DNA from: an uncultured Acidobacteriota bacterium
Lineage (GTDB): Bacteria; Acidobacteriota; Thermoanaerobaculia; Multivoradales; JAHEKO01
DNA: 64,000 nt
Direction of reading: 5' to 3'
Assembly (NCBI GenBank): GCA_963713825.1
Contig: CAVQNG010000025.1
Coordinates: 352,001-416,000, forward strand
Positions 36,972 through 47,899 of this stretch are shown one piece after another (positions within the stretch are counted from its first letter, which is position 1; each line of letters begins with the position of its first letter). Position numbers and translations under genes: made by a program. Below the pieces are notes generated by a model. It ran no database searches and was not told the origin of the DNA. It saw nothing but the letters and a program-made list of their open reading frames with translations.

Positions 36972-37757
36972 CTACGCGAGCCCCTTGAGATAGCCGCCAT
37001 CGACAGCCATGGCCTGTCCGGTGACATAGGACGCCGACGGCGAGCAGAGAAACGCGATCACCTCGCCGATTTCCGAAGGTTCTGCCATCCGGCCAATCGG
37101 CAGGTCCCGCCCCTGCGCTGCCAGGATTTCGTCCGCATCCTGGCCGGTCTGTTGAGCCACCTGGGTAGCCAACTCCACCTGCCGCTCGGTTCGTGTGTAG
37201 CCCGGAAGCACGGAGTTGACAGTAACGCCGTCGGCAGCCACCTCTAGCGCCAGCGTCTTTAGATAGCCGAGAACGGCGGGTCGCAGAGCATTGGAGAGGG
37301 CAAGGCGCGGAATCGGTTGCCTCGCCGAGACCGAGTTGATGGCCACGATGCGACCCCAACCGCGGCGTCTCATCCCCGGCAAGACCAACCTGCAGAGCCG
37401 GGGCACGAACAGAAAGGCCAGGGGCAGGGCCTCCTGCCAATCGGTCTCGTCCAGTTCGATTGCTGGCTTGACGCGGGGACCGCCCCCATTGGCAACGAGG
37501 ATATCGACAGGGCCGAGATGTTCCTCGACTTCGCTTACGAGGTTCGCGAGCTCGTCGGGTTGTCGAATGTCGGCTGGGATGGCCACGACCTCGCCGCCCC
37601 CGGCGGACAGCGACCGATGAGCGGACTCCAGCTTCTTTCCTCCGCGGCTGTTCAGCGCCACGCGGGCGCCGAGGTCGACGAGCGCTCGAGCGGCGGCAAA
37701 TCCCAGGCCACTACTCGATCCGGTGACCAGCGCGACGCGATCTTGCAAGGCCGTCAT
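36972..37757 (-). CDS. SDR family oxidoreductase
   Basis: TGSSSGLG, NGGGP, SNALR (atypical, no YxxxK) and VDGG. Confidence 0.88.
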   Translation of the reverse strand: MTALQDRVALVTGSSSGLGFAAARALVDLGARVALNSRGGKKLESAHRSLSAGGGEVVAIPADIRQPDELANLVSEVEEHLGPVDILVANGGGPRVKPAIELDETDWQEALPLAFLFVPRLCRLVLPGMRRRGWGRIVAINSVSARQPIPRLALSNALRPAVLGYLKTLALEVAADGVTVNSVLPGYTRTERQVELATQVAQQTGQDADEILAAQGRDLPIGRMAEPSEIGEVIAFLCSPSASYVTGQAMAVDGGYLKGLA

Positions 37758-37784
37758 GGCTGTCTCCTTGTCCTGGATCTCTGT

Positions 37785-38675
37785 TCAATCGATCTTCTTG
37801 CCATTCTCGTCATATTCGTAGACCCCTCGACCCACCTTCCGACCCAGGCGTCCAGCCTGGACATACTGCTGGAAAAGATTGTTGGGTCGGTAGAGCTCTC
37901 CCAGAGACCGACTCAGGCGCTCGAGGACCGACAACCTGACATCCAGCCCCACGAGATCGATCATCTCGAAAGGTCCCATGGGGTGGTTGAGGCCCAACTT
38001 CAGAGCTTTGTCGATGTCGGAGGCGCTGGCAACGCCCTCCTGCAGCATGCGGAAGGCCTCATTGCCGATGAGTGCGTTGATGCGCGAGGTCACGAAGCCG
38101 GGCGATTCCTTCACCTCCACGACTTCCTTGCCCATCGTCTCGGCCACTTCACGCAGCGCCTGGAGCGTCTCCCAGTCCGTTTCGAGTCCTTTCACCAGCT
38201 CGACGAGTCGCATGATGTGGACCGGATTGAAGAAGTGCATACCGGCGAATCGCTCCGGCCTGTCCAGGGCACAGGCCATCTCGGTGATCGACAGCGCCGA
38301 GGTGTTGGATGCGAGCAGCACGTGCTTCGGGGCCGACTGAACGACTTTTTGGAAGGTGTCGATCTTGAGCTCCATCGACTCGGGTACCGCTTCGATCACC
38401 AGATCTGCACCCGAAACGGCGGCGGAGAGATCGGGGTGGAAGTCGAGCAGCTCTCGGGCACGTTGCGCGATCGCCGGATCCACTTTGCCCAGCTCAACGC
38501 CCTTCTCGAGATTGTTGAAGATGGCGCTACGGGCCTGCTCGAGAGCATCGCCTGAGATGTCGAACAGGCAGGTCTCGTAACCTCCGAATGCGGCCACGTG
38601 AGCGATTCCCCGTCCCATGGTTCCGGCTCCAAGTACGGTAATGGTGCGAATCTCCGGTTGGGCTTGTCGGCTCAT
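37785..38675 (-). CDS. 3-hydroxyacyl-CoA dehydrogenase
   Basis: GAGTMG, EAVPE, SNTSAL, GMHFFNP and HPMGP. Start at MSRQAQ. Confidence 0.92.
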   Translation of the reverse strand: MSRQAQPEIRTITVLGAGTMGRGIAHVAAFGGYETCLFDISGDALEQARSAIFNNLEKGVELGKVDPAIAQRARELLDFHPDLSAAVSGADLVIEAVPESMELKIDTFQKVVQSAPKHVLLASNTSALSITEMACALDRPERFAGMHFFNPVHIMRLVELVKGLETDWETLQALREVAETMGKEVVEVKESPGFVTSRINALIGNEAFRMLQEGVASASDIDKALKLGLNHPMGPFEMIDLVGLDVRLSVLERLSRSLGELYRPNNLFQQYVQAGRLGRKVGRGVYEYDENGKKID

Positions 38676-39778
38676 GGAGTGGCCTCGCTCTCGTTGGCAG
38701 AGGTGGCGGTTTTCGGGGCTGGCGGGCTGCACGCGACCTCCGGGTCTCCCACGGTGAGCACGACCTTGCCGAACAGGGTACGGTCGGTCAGAAGCTCCTG
38801 GGCCTCGGGCGCCTTTTCCAAGGGCAGTGTGCGGTCGACCACCGGTTTCAACGGACCGGTGTCGAAGAATCTCAGGACTTCCCTCAGTTCGGCGAGACTG
38901 CCCATGGTCGAGCCGAGAATCGACAGACTCTTGAAGAACACGGCCCGGAGGTTGACTTTGGCCATGGCTTCACTTGTGGCACCACAAAGCACCACGCGAC
39001 CGCCCCAGGCCAGTGCCTTCAAGCTCTCCTCGAAGACAAGTCCTCCGACATGTTCGAAGACAACTTCTACGCCTTTGCCTGCGGTGATTTTTCTTACATT
39101 CGAGGCGAATTTCCCTGTCGAGTAATCCAAAGTGTGAGTGGCGCCCAGTTGAACGGCCTGGAGTCGCTTGTCCTCCGTGCCGGCGGTGGCGATGATCTTC
39201 CGTGCACCGAGGAGCTTGGCGATCTGGATGCCGGCCGAGGAGACTCCGGAGCCGGCCGCGTGGATCAGCACGTCTTCCAGCGGGCGCAACTCGGCACGGG
39301 CGGTGAGCATGTGCCAGGCTGTGAGGAAGACAAGAGGAATACCAGCGGCCTCCACGTAGGACAGCCCTTCGGGAAGGCAAAGAATATTGCGGCGAGGTAC
39401 GGCCACGTACTCTGCATAGCCGCCGTCGCGATCCTCTCCGAAGATCCCATAGGAGCGACAGAACTGATCGTTGGCGGCGAGGCAGGCCGGGCAGAGTCCG
39501 CAGGAGACCCCAGGTGCCACCAGAACGGGCTCCCCGGGAGTGAGGTCCATTGCGACGGCTCCCACTTCTTCAACTTCACCAGCGATTTCGCTACCCGGAA
39601 TCAGTGGCAGGGGAAATCGATGTCCTTCGACACCGTTACGGACCCAAAGATCCAGGTGATTGAGACCGCACGCACGGACTCGAACGAGCACCTCGTCGGG
39701 GCGCACCTCAGGCCGGGGCAGCTTGCACCACTCCAGCGCCTCGGGACCACCATGGTGACTGATTCTGTAGGCGAGCAC
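38672..39778 (-). CDS. Zn-binding MDR dehydrogenase / quinone oxidoreductase
   Basis: NHLD, structural Zn site CGLCPAC...C and AAGSGV. Confidence 0.88.
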   Translation of the reverse strand: MLAYRISHHGGPEALEWCKLPRPEVRPDEVLVRVRACGLNHLDLWVRNGVEGHRFPLPLIPGSEIAGEVEEVGAVAMDLTPGEPVLVAPGVSCGLCPACLAANDQFCRSYGIFGEDRDGGYAEYVAVPRRNILCLPEGLSYVEAAGIPLVFLTAWHMLTARAELRPLEDVLIHAAGSGVSSAGIQIAKLLGARKIIATAGTEDKRLQAVQLGATHTLDYSTGKFASNVRKITAGKGVEVVFEHVGGLVFEESLKALAWGGRVVLCGATSEAMAKVNLRAVFFKSLSILGSTMGSLAELREVLRFFDTGPLKPVVDRTLPLEKAPEAQELLTDRTLFGKVVLTVGDPEVACSPPAPKTATSANESEATP

Positions 39779-39863
39779 CGGGAAATTGTAGCAGCGACGC
39801 GAGGTTCTCCAGACCGAGAGTGAACGAGTTCCACAGGAGAAAGGTGTCCTCTCAGGCTAGACT

Positions 39864-40835
39864 ATGCGCCAGCCGGTCGGTCCTTTTCGACTTGCCATGA
39901 TGGAGGCTGTTTTGAAGAAGATACAGGTTGGCCCCGTGGTTGTTCTGTCGGCGAAAATGACGGCAGCCCTTCTGCTCTGCCTGCTGCCCCTGCTCGCCTC
40001 GGCCAGCTCTTCGGGTGGCTACTCGCCCCTTTCCTTCCTGCTGGACCTGAGAGGCGATTCGGTCAAGGTTCGCTATGCGCCAGGATCCCTGGATCGGGCC
40101 TCACACAGCCAAGATCGGTTCGAGTTGGTGGTTGCCGACTGCAAGAGTTGGGCTCACAACTCCATGCCCCTGGTGGTCTACGTTCTCGGGCCGGAAGAGT
40201 GGCAGGCGGCCGAGGTCGATCGCCCGTATGGGCTGCCGCAGCACATGAGCAGTACCGAGCTGGCCGTTGCCAGTTGGGGAGACGCCCAAACGGTGGCACT
40301 CTGGAGGGATCTGTTGGGCCGACGATTGCCTGTTGTCGAAGGCACTGCACTGCGAGGCAGTCCGGAGGAAGTGGCCAGCATCGCCCTGCAGAACGTGATG
40401 GCGGTCGTCGAAGCCTTCGAGATGTGTCTTGCCAGTAGCGGAATCTCCGGCGACCAGCCGTGGATTGAGGGATTTCTGGTCCAGGCGATGGTGCGGTCAT
40501 TCGTCCAGAAGCACGAGGCTGGGCGACTGGCGGAGGTCGATGGGGTCTTCGCCAGCTTCTCCGAACGAGGTGGTGGTCCCGGCGCCCTGTCATTGAACCA
40601 GGCTCTCGAACCCGAGTCGCTCACCCAATGGCTGTGGGCTGAAGCCCAGTTCTACGAGGCCGCCAAGCGTCTCGCGGAAGAGGAAGGCAAGGCCCCTGCC
40701 AAAGTGGTTTTCAAGCTGGCTGGGAAGCAGAAGGGCAGTCTTCAGGCGGCGGTTCTGGTGGCTGAATTTCCGCTCCTCGCCGACTGGTTGAAAGAGGCCT
40801 TCGCAGGGGATTCGGCCTTGCCTGACGGGCAATAG
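39864..40835 (+). CDS. Exported hypothetical protein
   Basis: Signal-like LLLCLLPLLASA and a long ORF with host-like codon usage. True start is probably downstream of 39864. Confidence 0.6.
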   Translation: MRQPVGPFRLAMMEAVLKKIQVGPVVVLSAKMTAALLLCLLPLLASASSSGGYSPLSFLLDLRGDSVKVRYAPGSLDRASHSQDRFELVVADCKSWAHNSMPLVVYVLGPEEWQAAEVDRPYGLPQHMSSTELAVASWGDAQTVALWRDLLGRRLPVVEGTALRGSPEEVASIALQNVMAVVEAFEMCLASSGISGDQPWIEGFLVQAMVRSFVQKHEAGRLAEVDGVFASFSERGGGPGALSLNQALEPESLTQWLWAEAQFYEAAKRLAEEEGKAPAKVVFKLAGKQKGSLQAAVLVAEFPLLADWLKEAFAGDSALPDGQ

Positions 40836-41016
40836 ATGAAAGGTTGAGTGGAAGTCGCTCATGCTGCCGTGCCAGGCTCTTCTCAGGTGACTGTGGAGGC
40901 CGTCCTTGCGTTTCTCAGGACTTTTGTCTAAGAATCAAAATGCTAGAGCTATACCGGAAACGAGATCCCGGCTTCGGCCGTCGGCTGAGGTGGGAATCTG
41001 GAAAGGGAGGTTCGAG

Positions 41017-41586
41017 ATGAAGAAGGCGTTGATGACGTTGGGTCTTGCTGTCCTGCTGACGGCTCCCGCCATGGCAGGTAGCGCAGGCGTCTATGGCGCC
41101 TGGTGGACTAGCGAGGATGCAAGCGACTCGCTAGGCCTTGGCGGTTGGGTCGATTTCTACCTCGGAAAGGGTATGGAGATCGAGTTCCGGGGCAGTCATT
41201 TCAGCGATTTCGAGGCGGAAAACGACGTCGGTGACAGAGCCGATCTGCGGGTCACTGCATGGGATCTGGGCTTCACCTACAACTTCAGCCACAGGTCTGG
41301 GAACAAGCTGAATCCGTACATCGGGGGAGGCGGCACGATTCTCTCCGCGGAGCTGGATCGAATCGAGAATCACAAGGAGCTGGGGACCTTGGACGACGAG
41401 TGGGGCTACTACCTTGTCGGCGGTCTCGAGTTTCCAATCAGCACGCATTTCGCGCTCGTCGGCGAGGCGATGTTCCGCCAGGCGAAGTTCGAGATCCTCG
41501 GCAACGACCTGGGCTTTTCGGGAGTCAAGCAAGTTGTCGACATAAAGGGCTTCGAGGTCAACGGCGGCATCGCCTTCAAGTGGTAA
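41017..41586 (+). CDS. Small outer-membrane beta-barrel protein (OmpA/OmpW-like)
   Basis: GGAGG RBS, signal MKKALM...AMA, NPYIGGG and C-terminal aromatic GIAFKW. Confidence 0.85.
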   Translation: MKKALMTLGLAVLLTAPAMAGSAGVYGAWWTSEDASDSLGLGGWVDFYLGKGMEIEFRGSHFSDFEAENDVGDRADLRVTAWDLGFTYNFSHRSGNKLNPYIGGGGTILSAELDRIENHKELGTLDDEWGYYLVGGLEFPISTHFALVGEAMFRQAKFEILGNDLGFSGVKQVVDIKGFEVNGGIAFKW

Positions 41587-41592
41587 CAGTCG

Positions 41593-41611
41593 GCTGAAGC
41601 GAAGTTTCAGC
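41593..41611 (+). terminator. Hairpin after OMP gene (possible terminator)
   Basis: GCTGAAGC-GAA-GTTTCAGC between convergent genes. No clear U-tract. Confidence 0.3.
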
Positions 41612-41749
41612 TCGAAGATACTGTCGGCGGGCGCGGCGATCCAATCAGGATCGTCGGCCCGTCGATTCTCTTTTGATGCGGCCGTTCCCACCCTGTAATG
41701 GTGACTATGAGATCCATGTGATTGCTCTCATGGCCGTCTTGATGCTCTC

Positions 41750-44700
41750 TCATGCTTCTTCTCCTTCTTCAGTAGTTCCTTTGTGCAGTTCTTCTGGGGT
41801 TTCGAAAAGTGGAGTGCGCTTCAACCCGATTCCACGCCACACGAAATAAATGGCGGGGAAGACAATCAGCTCGCCCATGAAGGAGGTGAACAGGCCGCCG
41901 ACCATCGGCGCTGCGATTCGCCGCATCACGTCCGCACCCGTGCCGGAGGACCACAGGATCGGGACCAGGGCGATGAAGGTCGTCACGACCGCCATGGTCT
42001 TGGGTCGGATCCGTTGGACGGCACCGTGGTCCACGGCCTCCCGGAGGTCGGAGAACGTGCTCATCCTGCCCCTGCTCTTCCAGTTCTCGTAGGCGATGTC
42101 CAGATACAGCAGCATCACCACGCCGGTTTCAGCTGCCAGCCCGGCCAGGGCGATCACTCCGACCCAGACTGCAACCGACCAGTTGTAGCCCAGCCAGTCC
42201 ATCAGCCAGATCGACCCCACCAACGCGAAGGGAACCGCCGATAGAACTATGGCGGTCTTGACCAGCGACTTCGTGTGGAAGTACAGGATCAGGAAGATCA
42301 AGATCAGGGTGATCGGCACGATGACCAGCAGGCGAGCCTTGGCCCGCTGCATGTACTCGTACTGGCCCGACCAGAAGATGCTGTAGCCTGGAGGCAGATC
42401 TACCTGTTCGGCCACCTCGCGTCTTGCCCTTTCTACCCAGCCGCCGACGTCGATGCCCCTCAAGTCCACATAAACCCAGGCATTGGGGCGGGCGCCTTCC
42501 GTCTTGATTCCTGGAGGTCCTGTTCGAATCACGAGCTCGGCTAACTGGCCAAGGGGAACTTGCGCTCCTGAAGGTGATGCGACGAGCACTTCCTTCAGCG
42601 TCGACGGGGAATCCCGAAGCTCCCGTGGATAGCGGACATTGATCGGATATCTCTCGAGACCCTCGACCGTCCAGGAGACGTTCATTCCACCGACCGCCGA
42701 TTGAATGACGTCCTGGATATCGCCGACTTTGATGCCGAAGCGTGCGGCGGCCTCCCGATCGATCTCGAAATCGATATACGAGCCACCCATCACCCGCTCG
42801 GCGTACACCGAGAGCGTGCCTGGCAGGGGCTTGACCACGGTTTCGACCTGCTCGGCAATCTGCTCGAGCGTGGTCAGGTCGGGACCCGCGACTTTGATAC
42901 CGACCGGTGTCTTGATGCCCGTCGATAGCATGTCGATCCGGGTCTTGATCGGCATGGTCCAGGCATTGGTCAAGCCGGGTATCTGGATGGCCTGGTCGAG
43001 CTCGGCGATCAGGTCTTCCTTGGTGAGGCCGGGTCTCCACTCCGATGGATCCTTGAGCACGATGGTCGTTTCGATCATCGACAAAGGAGCCGGGTCGGTG
43101 GCGGTCTCGGCACGTCCGACCTTTCCAAATACTGTTTCGACTTCTGGAAAGGTTTTAATGATCTTGTCGGTCTGTTGCAGGAGCTCCTTCGCTTTGGTGA
43201 TGGAAATGCCCGGAAACGTCGTCGGCATGTAGAGCAGATCCCCTTCCCACAGCGGTGGCATGAACTCGGAGCCGATTCTCTGCAGTGGAACAAGGGTCAC
43301 GGCAAGAATCGCGACCATCGCGAGGATCACCATCCATCGCCATCGTAGGGCCCAATTGAGGACAGGGGTGTAGAGGAAACGGAGGGCGCGGGACACCGGG
43401 TTACGGTCCTCGCTGCGGATCTTGCCTCGGACGAACCAGAACATGAGCACGGGTACGGCGGTCACGGCCAGGATAGAGGCCATGGCCATGGAGTAGGTCT
43501 TCGTGAACGCCAGGGGTTTGAAAAGACGACCCTCCTGCGCTTCGAGGGTGAAGACCGGCAGAAATGAGACCGTGATTACTAGAAGCGTGAAGAAGAGGGT
43601 TGGACCCACCTCCTGAGCCGCCTTCGTGATGATCTCCAGGTGGGATCGTTTCCCCTGCCACTCCTCGTAGTGCTTGTGGGCGTTTTCGACCATGATGATG
43701 GCCGCGTCCACCAGCACACCGATCGAGATCGCGATGCCTCCCAGAGACATGATGTTCGCGCCGATTCCCTGGATCTTCATGATGATGAATGCGAGGAGAA
43801 TCGAGACTGGAATGGAGATAATCGCGACCAGTGCCGAGCGGAAGTGAAACAGAAAGACCAGGCAGACCAGCGCCACAACAATCGATTCCTCGAGCAGGGT
43901 GCGGGTCAACGTCTCCACGGCGCGATCGATCAGGCCAGTTCGGTCGTAGGCGATGGAGATCTCCACATCTTCAGGGAGGCCGGCCTTGAGCTCCTCGAGG
44001 CGCTCCTTCACGTTCTCGATAACCGTTCGCGTGTCGGCCCCCCAGCGAACCACAACAATGCCGCCCACAGTCTCCCCTTCACCGTTCCACTCGGCCAGAC
44101 CGCGACGGATTTCGGGCCCGATGGTGACCCGCGCCACATCTCTGAGCAGCACGGGTACCCCACCTGGGGACGCGGTCAGCACGATGGTCTCGAGATCCTT
44201 CACGTTCTTCACGTAACCCAGTCCCCGAACCATGAACTCCTTCTCGGCTAGCTCGACGACCCGTCCACCAACATCGATGTTGGATCGTTGAATCGCCTTT
44301 CTCACCTGATCGATCGGAATCCCGTAGGCGCGCAGCCGTACCGGATCGACCTCGACCTGGTACTGCCGCACAAAGCCGCCGATCGACGCCACCTCGGCGA
44401 CGCCATCGACCGAAGTCAAGCCATAGCGCAGGTACCAGTCCTGATAGCTCCGCAGGTCGGCAAGCGAGTGATTCTCGGAGTTGAGAACGTACATGAAGGC
44501 CCAGCCCACTCCGGTAGCATCGGGGCCGAGCTGAGGAGCCACACCAGCAGGCAGCTGTCTCGAGAGGCCCGAGAGGTATTCCAGGACTCGGGAACGAGCC
44601 CAATAGAGATCCGTGCCATCTTCGAAGATCACGTACACGAACGAGAAGCCGAAGAAGGAATAGCCCCTGACGACTTTGGCGAATGGCACTGACAACATCG

Positions 44701-44914
44701 TCGTGGTGATGGGGTAGGTGACCTGGTCTTCGACTACCTGCGGTGCCTGCCCTGCGAACTCGGTGAAGATGATCACCTGGACGTCGGACAGGTCGGGGAT
44801 CGCGTCGACCGTGGTGTTGCGGATGGCCCAGACGCCACCCAGAACCGCCAGAATCAAGCCCACTATGACGACCAGCTGGTTTCTGAGAGACCACTCGATA
44901 ACTCGATCCAACAT
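41750..44914 (-). CDS. cusA: CusA/SilA heavy-metal RND permease
   Basis: DAIPDLSDVQV, GPDATGVGW, EFMPPLWEGDLLYMP, DPAPLSMIET and MPIKTRIDMLSTG. Confidence 0.95.
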   Translation of the reverse strand: MLDRVIEWSLRNQLVVIVGLILAVLGGVWAIRNTTVDAIPDLSDVQVIIFTEFAGQAPQVVEDQVTYPITTTMLSVPFAKVVRGYSFFGFSFVYVIFEDGTDLYWARSRVLEYLSGLSRQLPAGVAPQLGPDATGVGWAFMYVLNSENHSLADLRSYQDWYLRYGLTSVDGVAEVASIGGFVRQYQVEVDPVRLRAYGIPIDQVRKAIQRSNIDVGGRVVELAEKEFMVRGLGYVKNVKDLETIVLTASPGGVPVLLRDVARVTIGPEIRRGLAEWNGEGETVGGIVVVRWGADTRTVIENVKERLEELKAGLPEDVEISIAYDRTGLIDRAVETLTRTLLEESIVVALVCLVFLFHFRSALVAIISIPVSILLAFIIMKIQGIGANIMSLGGIAISIGVLVDAAIIMVENAHKHYEEWQGKRSHLEIITKAAQEVGPTLFFTLLVITVSFLPVFTLEAQEGRLFKPLAFTKTYSMAMASILAVTAVPVLMFWFVRGKIRSEDRNPVSRALRFLYTPVLNWALRWRWMVILAMVAILAVTLVPLQRIGSEFMPPLWEGDLLYMPTTFPGISITKAKELLQQTDKIIKTFPEVETVFGKVGRAETATDPAPLSMIETTIVLKDPSEWRPGLTKEDLIAELDQAIQIPGLTNAWTMPIKTRIDMLSTGIKTPVGIKVAGPDLTTLEQIAEQVETVVKPLPGTLSVYAERVMGGSYIDFEIDREAAARFGIKVGDIQDVIQSAVGGMNVSWTVEGLERYPINVRYPRELRDSPSTLKEVLVASPSGAQVPLGQLAELVIRTGPPGIKTEGARPNAWVYVDLRGIDVGGWVERARREVAEQVDLPPGYSIFWSGQYEYMQRAKARLLVIVPITLILIFLILYFHTKSLVKTAIVLSAVPFALVGSIWLMDWLGYNWSVAVWVGVIALAGLAAETGVVMLLYLDIAYENWKSRGRMSTFSDLREAVDHGAVQRIRPKTMAVVTTFIALVPILWSSGTGADVMRRIAAPMVGGLFTSFMGELIVFPAIYFVWRGIGLKRTPLFETPEELHKGTTEEGEEA

Positions 44915-44925
44915 GGCAATCCCCT

Positions 44926-46425
44926 TTAGTGGTCTTTCTGTTGAGAGCGCTGCGCGATCATCTTCTGCACCGCCGCTTGTAGGCTCGACTCCGAGTCGAT
45001 GAGAAACTGCGATGAGGTCACGATGCGATCCCCTTCGTTCAAACCCTCGAGAACCTCGACTTCACCACCCCCTTCGTGCCCGGTCGTGATCTCCCGAGGT
45101 GCGAAGCTCCCTTCTCCCAGGTCGACGATCACGATGCTGCGCTGCCCAGTCCTGAGGACGGCCTGCGTTGGAACGACCAGCGCCTGCTGGGCGGCTGTGG
45201 GGTGGAAGCGGACGGTGCCGAACATTCCGGCCCTGAGACGCCCGGTCGGGTTGGGGACTTCGACCTTCATGCGCAGCGTCCGAGTGGCTTCGGAGAACTC
45301 CGGCTCGATGTAGCGAACGGTGCCGCGAAAGACCTCGCCAGGGAAGTAGGTCAATTCGAGCTCGGCCACGCTGTCGATGTCGATCTGGGCCAGCTGGTGC
45401 TCGAAGACCTCGACGGACAACCAGATCGAGCGCAGATCGGCGATGTGGTACACCTCCATCCCAGGCCGGACCGCCATGCCCTCGAGCCCCGCCATCCTCT
45501 TCATGACCAGGCCACTTGCCGGCGCCACGACCTGCAAGGTCCGGAAGACCTCCCCAGTGCGCTCCAGGTTGTCGATCTGCTCGGAGGAGATATCCCAGTA
45601 GCGGAGACGCTCCCGAGCCGAGTCGACCAACGCGCTGGCCCGACGCCCCGCCTCGGCGTTAGTGCTGTCGAACTTCTTGGCGTACTGGATGGCCGACAGC
45701 AGCTCCTGCTCGGTCTGAACGAGCTCAGGAGAGTAGATTTCGAATAGAGGTTGGCCCTTCTTCACGGGCTCGCCAACGTAGTTGACGTAGACCTTCTCGA
45801 CCCAACCGGAGTACTTCGTGGTCACGGTGACCATGCGCTCCTGGTCGTACTCGAGGTAACCGACAGTGCGGATCTCCTGATTCAGGTCGCGCCGCTCGAC
45901 GACCGCGGTCTGAACGTTCATGTTCTGGACGACGACCGGGTTGATGCTGACCGTCGGGCCCTGATCAACGGCCTGGTTCGCCTCGTCTGCATAGACCGGC
46001 ACGTAGTCCATCCCCATCTCGTCCTTGGCCGGAACCGGTGAAGAGATGGTGGGGTTCATCGGATTGCGATAGAAGAGGATCTCCCGCTCGCCTCCTGCCG
46101 CCGGAGATCTCTTGGCTGATCCTTCTTGTCCACCTCCACTTAAAGGCACGAGGGCCATGCCGCAGACCGGGCACTCGCCGGGCTCGTCCTCGAGAATGTG
46201 GGGATGCATGGAGCAGGTCCAAAGCTGTTCTCCCTGTTCCTCGGAGACCATCTCCATCGTGCCGGCGTGATAGTCGAGGCGGGATTGCAGCCACCCATCG
46301 ACTGGATGCAGACCCCAGGGGTCGAAGAACAGTAGATAGAAGAGCAGAAAGCTGAAAGCGACCAACAGCAGTGCCCACAGCACCTGCTTCCCACGGGAAT
46401 TCTCAGATTTGGCAAGTGATGTCAT
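44926..46425 (-). CDS. cusB: CusB-like adaptor with heavy-metal-binding domains
   Basis: WTCSMHP...CPVCGM, YRNPM...KDEMGMDYVP, YSPEL and QFLIDSES. Confidence 0.9.
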   Translation of the reverse strand: MTSLAKSENSRGKQVLWALLLVAFSFLLFYLLFFDPWGLHPVDGWLQSRLDYHAGTMEMVSEEQGEQLWTCSMHPHILEDEPGECPVCGMALVPLSGGGQEGSAKRSPAAGGEREILFYRNPMNPTISSPVPAKDEMGMDYVPVYADEANQAVDQGPTVSINPVVVQNMNVQTAVVERRDLNQEIRTVGYLEYDQERMVTVTTKYSGWVEKVYVNYVGEPVKKGQPLFEIYSPELVQTEQELLSAIQYAKKFDSTNAEAGRRASALVDSARERLRYWDISSEQIDNLERTGEVFRTLQVVAPASGLVMKRMAGLEGMAVRPGMEVYHIADLRSIWLSVEVFEHQLAQIDIDSVAELELTYFPGEVFRGTVRYIEPEFSEATRTLRMKVEVPNPTGRLRAGMFGTVRFHPTAAQQALVVPTQAVLRTGQRSIVIVDLGEGSFAPREITTGHEGGGEVEVLEGLNEGDRIVTSSQFLIDSESSLQAAVQKMIAQRSQQKDH

Positions 46426-47816
46426 GGCTTGGATTGCTCCGTCATTGAGATCTGTTGCAGAGGCTCTGCCACCACCCCCTCGAGTTGGACCAGGCGGATG
46501 GAATAGTCGGCTTGCGCACGCGCAATCGAGGTCTCGGCCCTGAACAGGACATGTTCCGCATCCAGTAGATCGAGTGCGTTCAAGGTCCCGGATACATAGC
46601 CGTACTGGGCCGACTGGACTGACTCTTCAGCCTGCAGGATCAATATGTCCTCGAGCAGGCGGAACTGTTGCCAGGTGAGCGGTATCCGCTGCATGAGATC
46701 GCCGATCGCAGATTCGATACCGGCCAGGACATCCCGTTTGCCTTCCCGGGCGGCAAGCTCGATCTGGCTTGCCTCTTCGACACCAGCTCTGGTTCTCTTG
46801 CGCCAGATCGGAACGCTGACGCCGCCCTGGATGCCGAAGATGTCGTCGCCGTTGCCCTCGGGCGGCGAGATCATCCCCGCCTGGTCTTGCCTCGGGTCGA
46901 CGAACGTATAGGTCAGTCCGACCTTGAAGTCGGGCCGGAAAGCCTTCTCGGCCCGCTTGACCCGCGCCTCGGAGGCGGCGATGCGGGCGTCGGCAGCCGT
47001 CAATTCTGGTCGCGAGCGGATTGCGGATTCCCTTAGCCTCTCGACGTCGAGGGCGACTTGTTCGCCCTCCGGGAGCAACGCCGGGAGCAGGGTCGTCGAA
47101 GCGGGACGATCTCGCAGGTCGTTGAGGGTGGCTTCCAGGTCGACCCGGCGCAGATCGATGTCCAACAGGAGGTTCTCTGCGAGAGTGATCTCGGCCTGCA
47201 TCTTGATGACATCCTGGCTGGCGCCGGTACCTGTCGCGTAGCGCGCCTGCGAGATCTCCTCATGCTGGCGGAGATGATCGACAAAATCCTGGGTGATCTC
47301 CTTGTGTCGCACCAGGAAGGCCAGCTCGTAGTAGAGGCGGCGAACTTCTGTGGCGAGAGCGAGTCGCTTGGCCTCGACATCGGCGTAGAGTGCGGTCGCA
47401 TTGAGGAGATTCGCCTGTTCTTCCAGATCGAACTTCGAGAGCCAGGGTAGGCTCTGCAGATAGTTCAAAGTCAGCACCTGAGGTCCTGTCCGCGTTTCCG
47501 GACTCTTCAGAAATGCGGTGATACCTACGACGGGATCAGGAAGAGCTCCTACGTTCGAGGCGCGATGTTCGGCTGCGCGTGCCTGTGCGAGCCCCCTGGC
47601 GACACCTGGGTTGCGATCCAAGGCGTCGGCAACAAGTGCTTTGAGCTGATTGTCTGTCTGCGACTCCAGAAGCCGATCGGCCGGCGCCTCGATCGGGGCG
47701 GCCGTCGTCCTCTCGCCAGTTGGCGAGTGGGAACTGTCTGGGTCTGCCTGCTGTCCGGTTGCGATCGTGGCTAAAAGCGTTGCCGCAACAAGATTGATGC
47801 CGATCCTTGAATGCAC
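46422..47816 (-). CDS. TolC-family outer-membrane channel (CusC-like)
   Basis: Two OEP repeats (LPDP, RYATG, LDLLDAE) in operon with cusB/cusA. Confidence 0.88.
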   Translation of the reverse strand: MHSRIGINLVAATLLATIATGQQADPDSSHSPTGERTTAAPIEAPADRLLESQTDNQLKALVADALDRNPGVARGLAQARAAEHRASNVGALPDPVVGITAFLKSPETRTGPQVLTLNYLQSLPWLSKFDLEEQANLLNATALYADVEAKRLALATEVRRLYYELAFLVRHKEITQDFVDHLRQHEEISQARYATGTGASQDVIKMQAEITLAENLLLDIDLRRVDLEATLNDLRDRPASTTLLPALLPEGEQVALDVERLRESAIRSRPELTAADARIAASEARVKRAEKAFRPDFKVGLTYTFVDPRQDQAGMISPPEGNGDDIFGIQGGVSVPIWRKRTRAGVEEASQIELAAREGKRDVLAGIESAIGDLMQRIPLTWQQFRLLEDILILQAEESVQSAQYGYVSGTLNALDLLDAEHVLFRAETSIARAQADYSIRLVQLEGVVAEPLQQISMTEQSKP

Positions 47817-47899
47817 CTCAGTCCTCCAAAGAGACCTGTGTTAGAGGTTTCGCCACCATCACCGGTGACGAGACGGCTCGAGGTCACTTCAGAGGAGGA

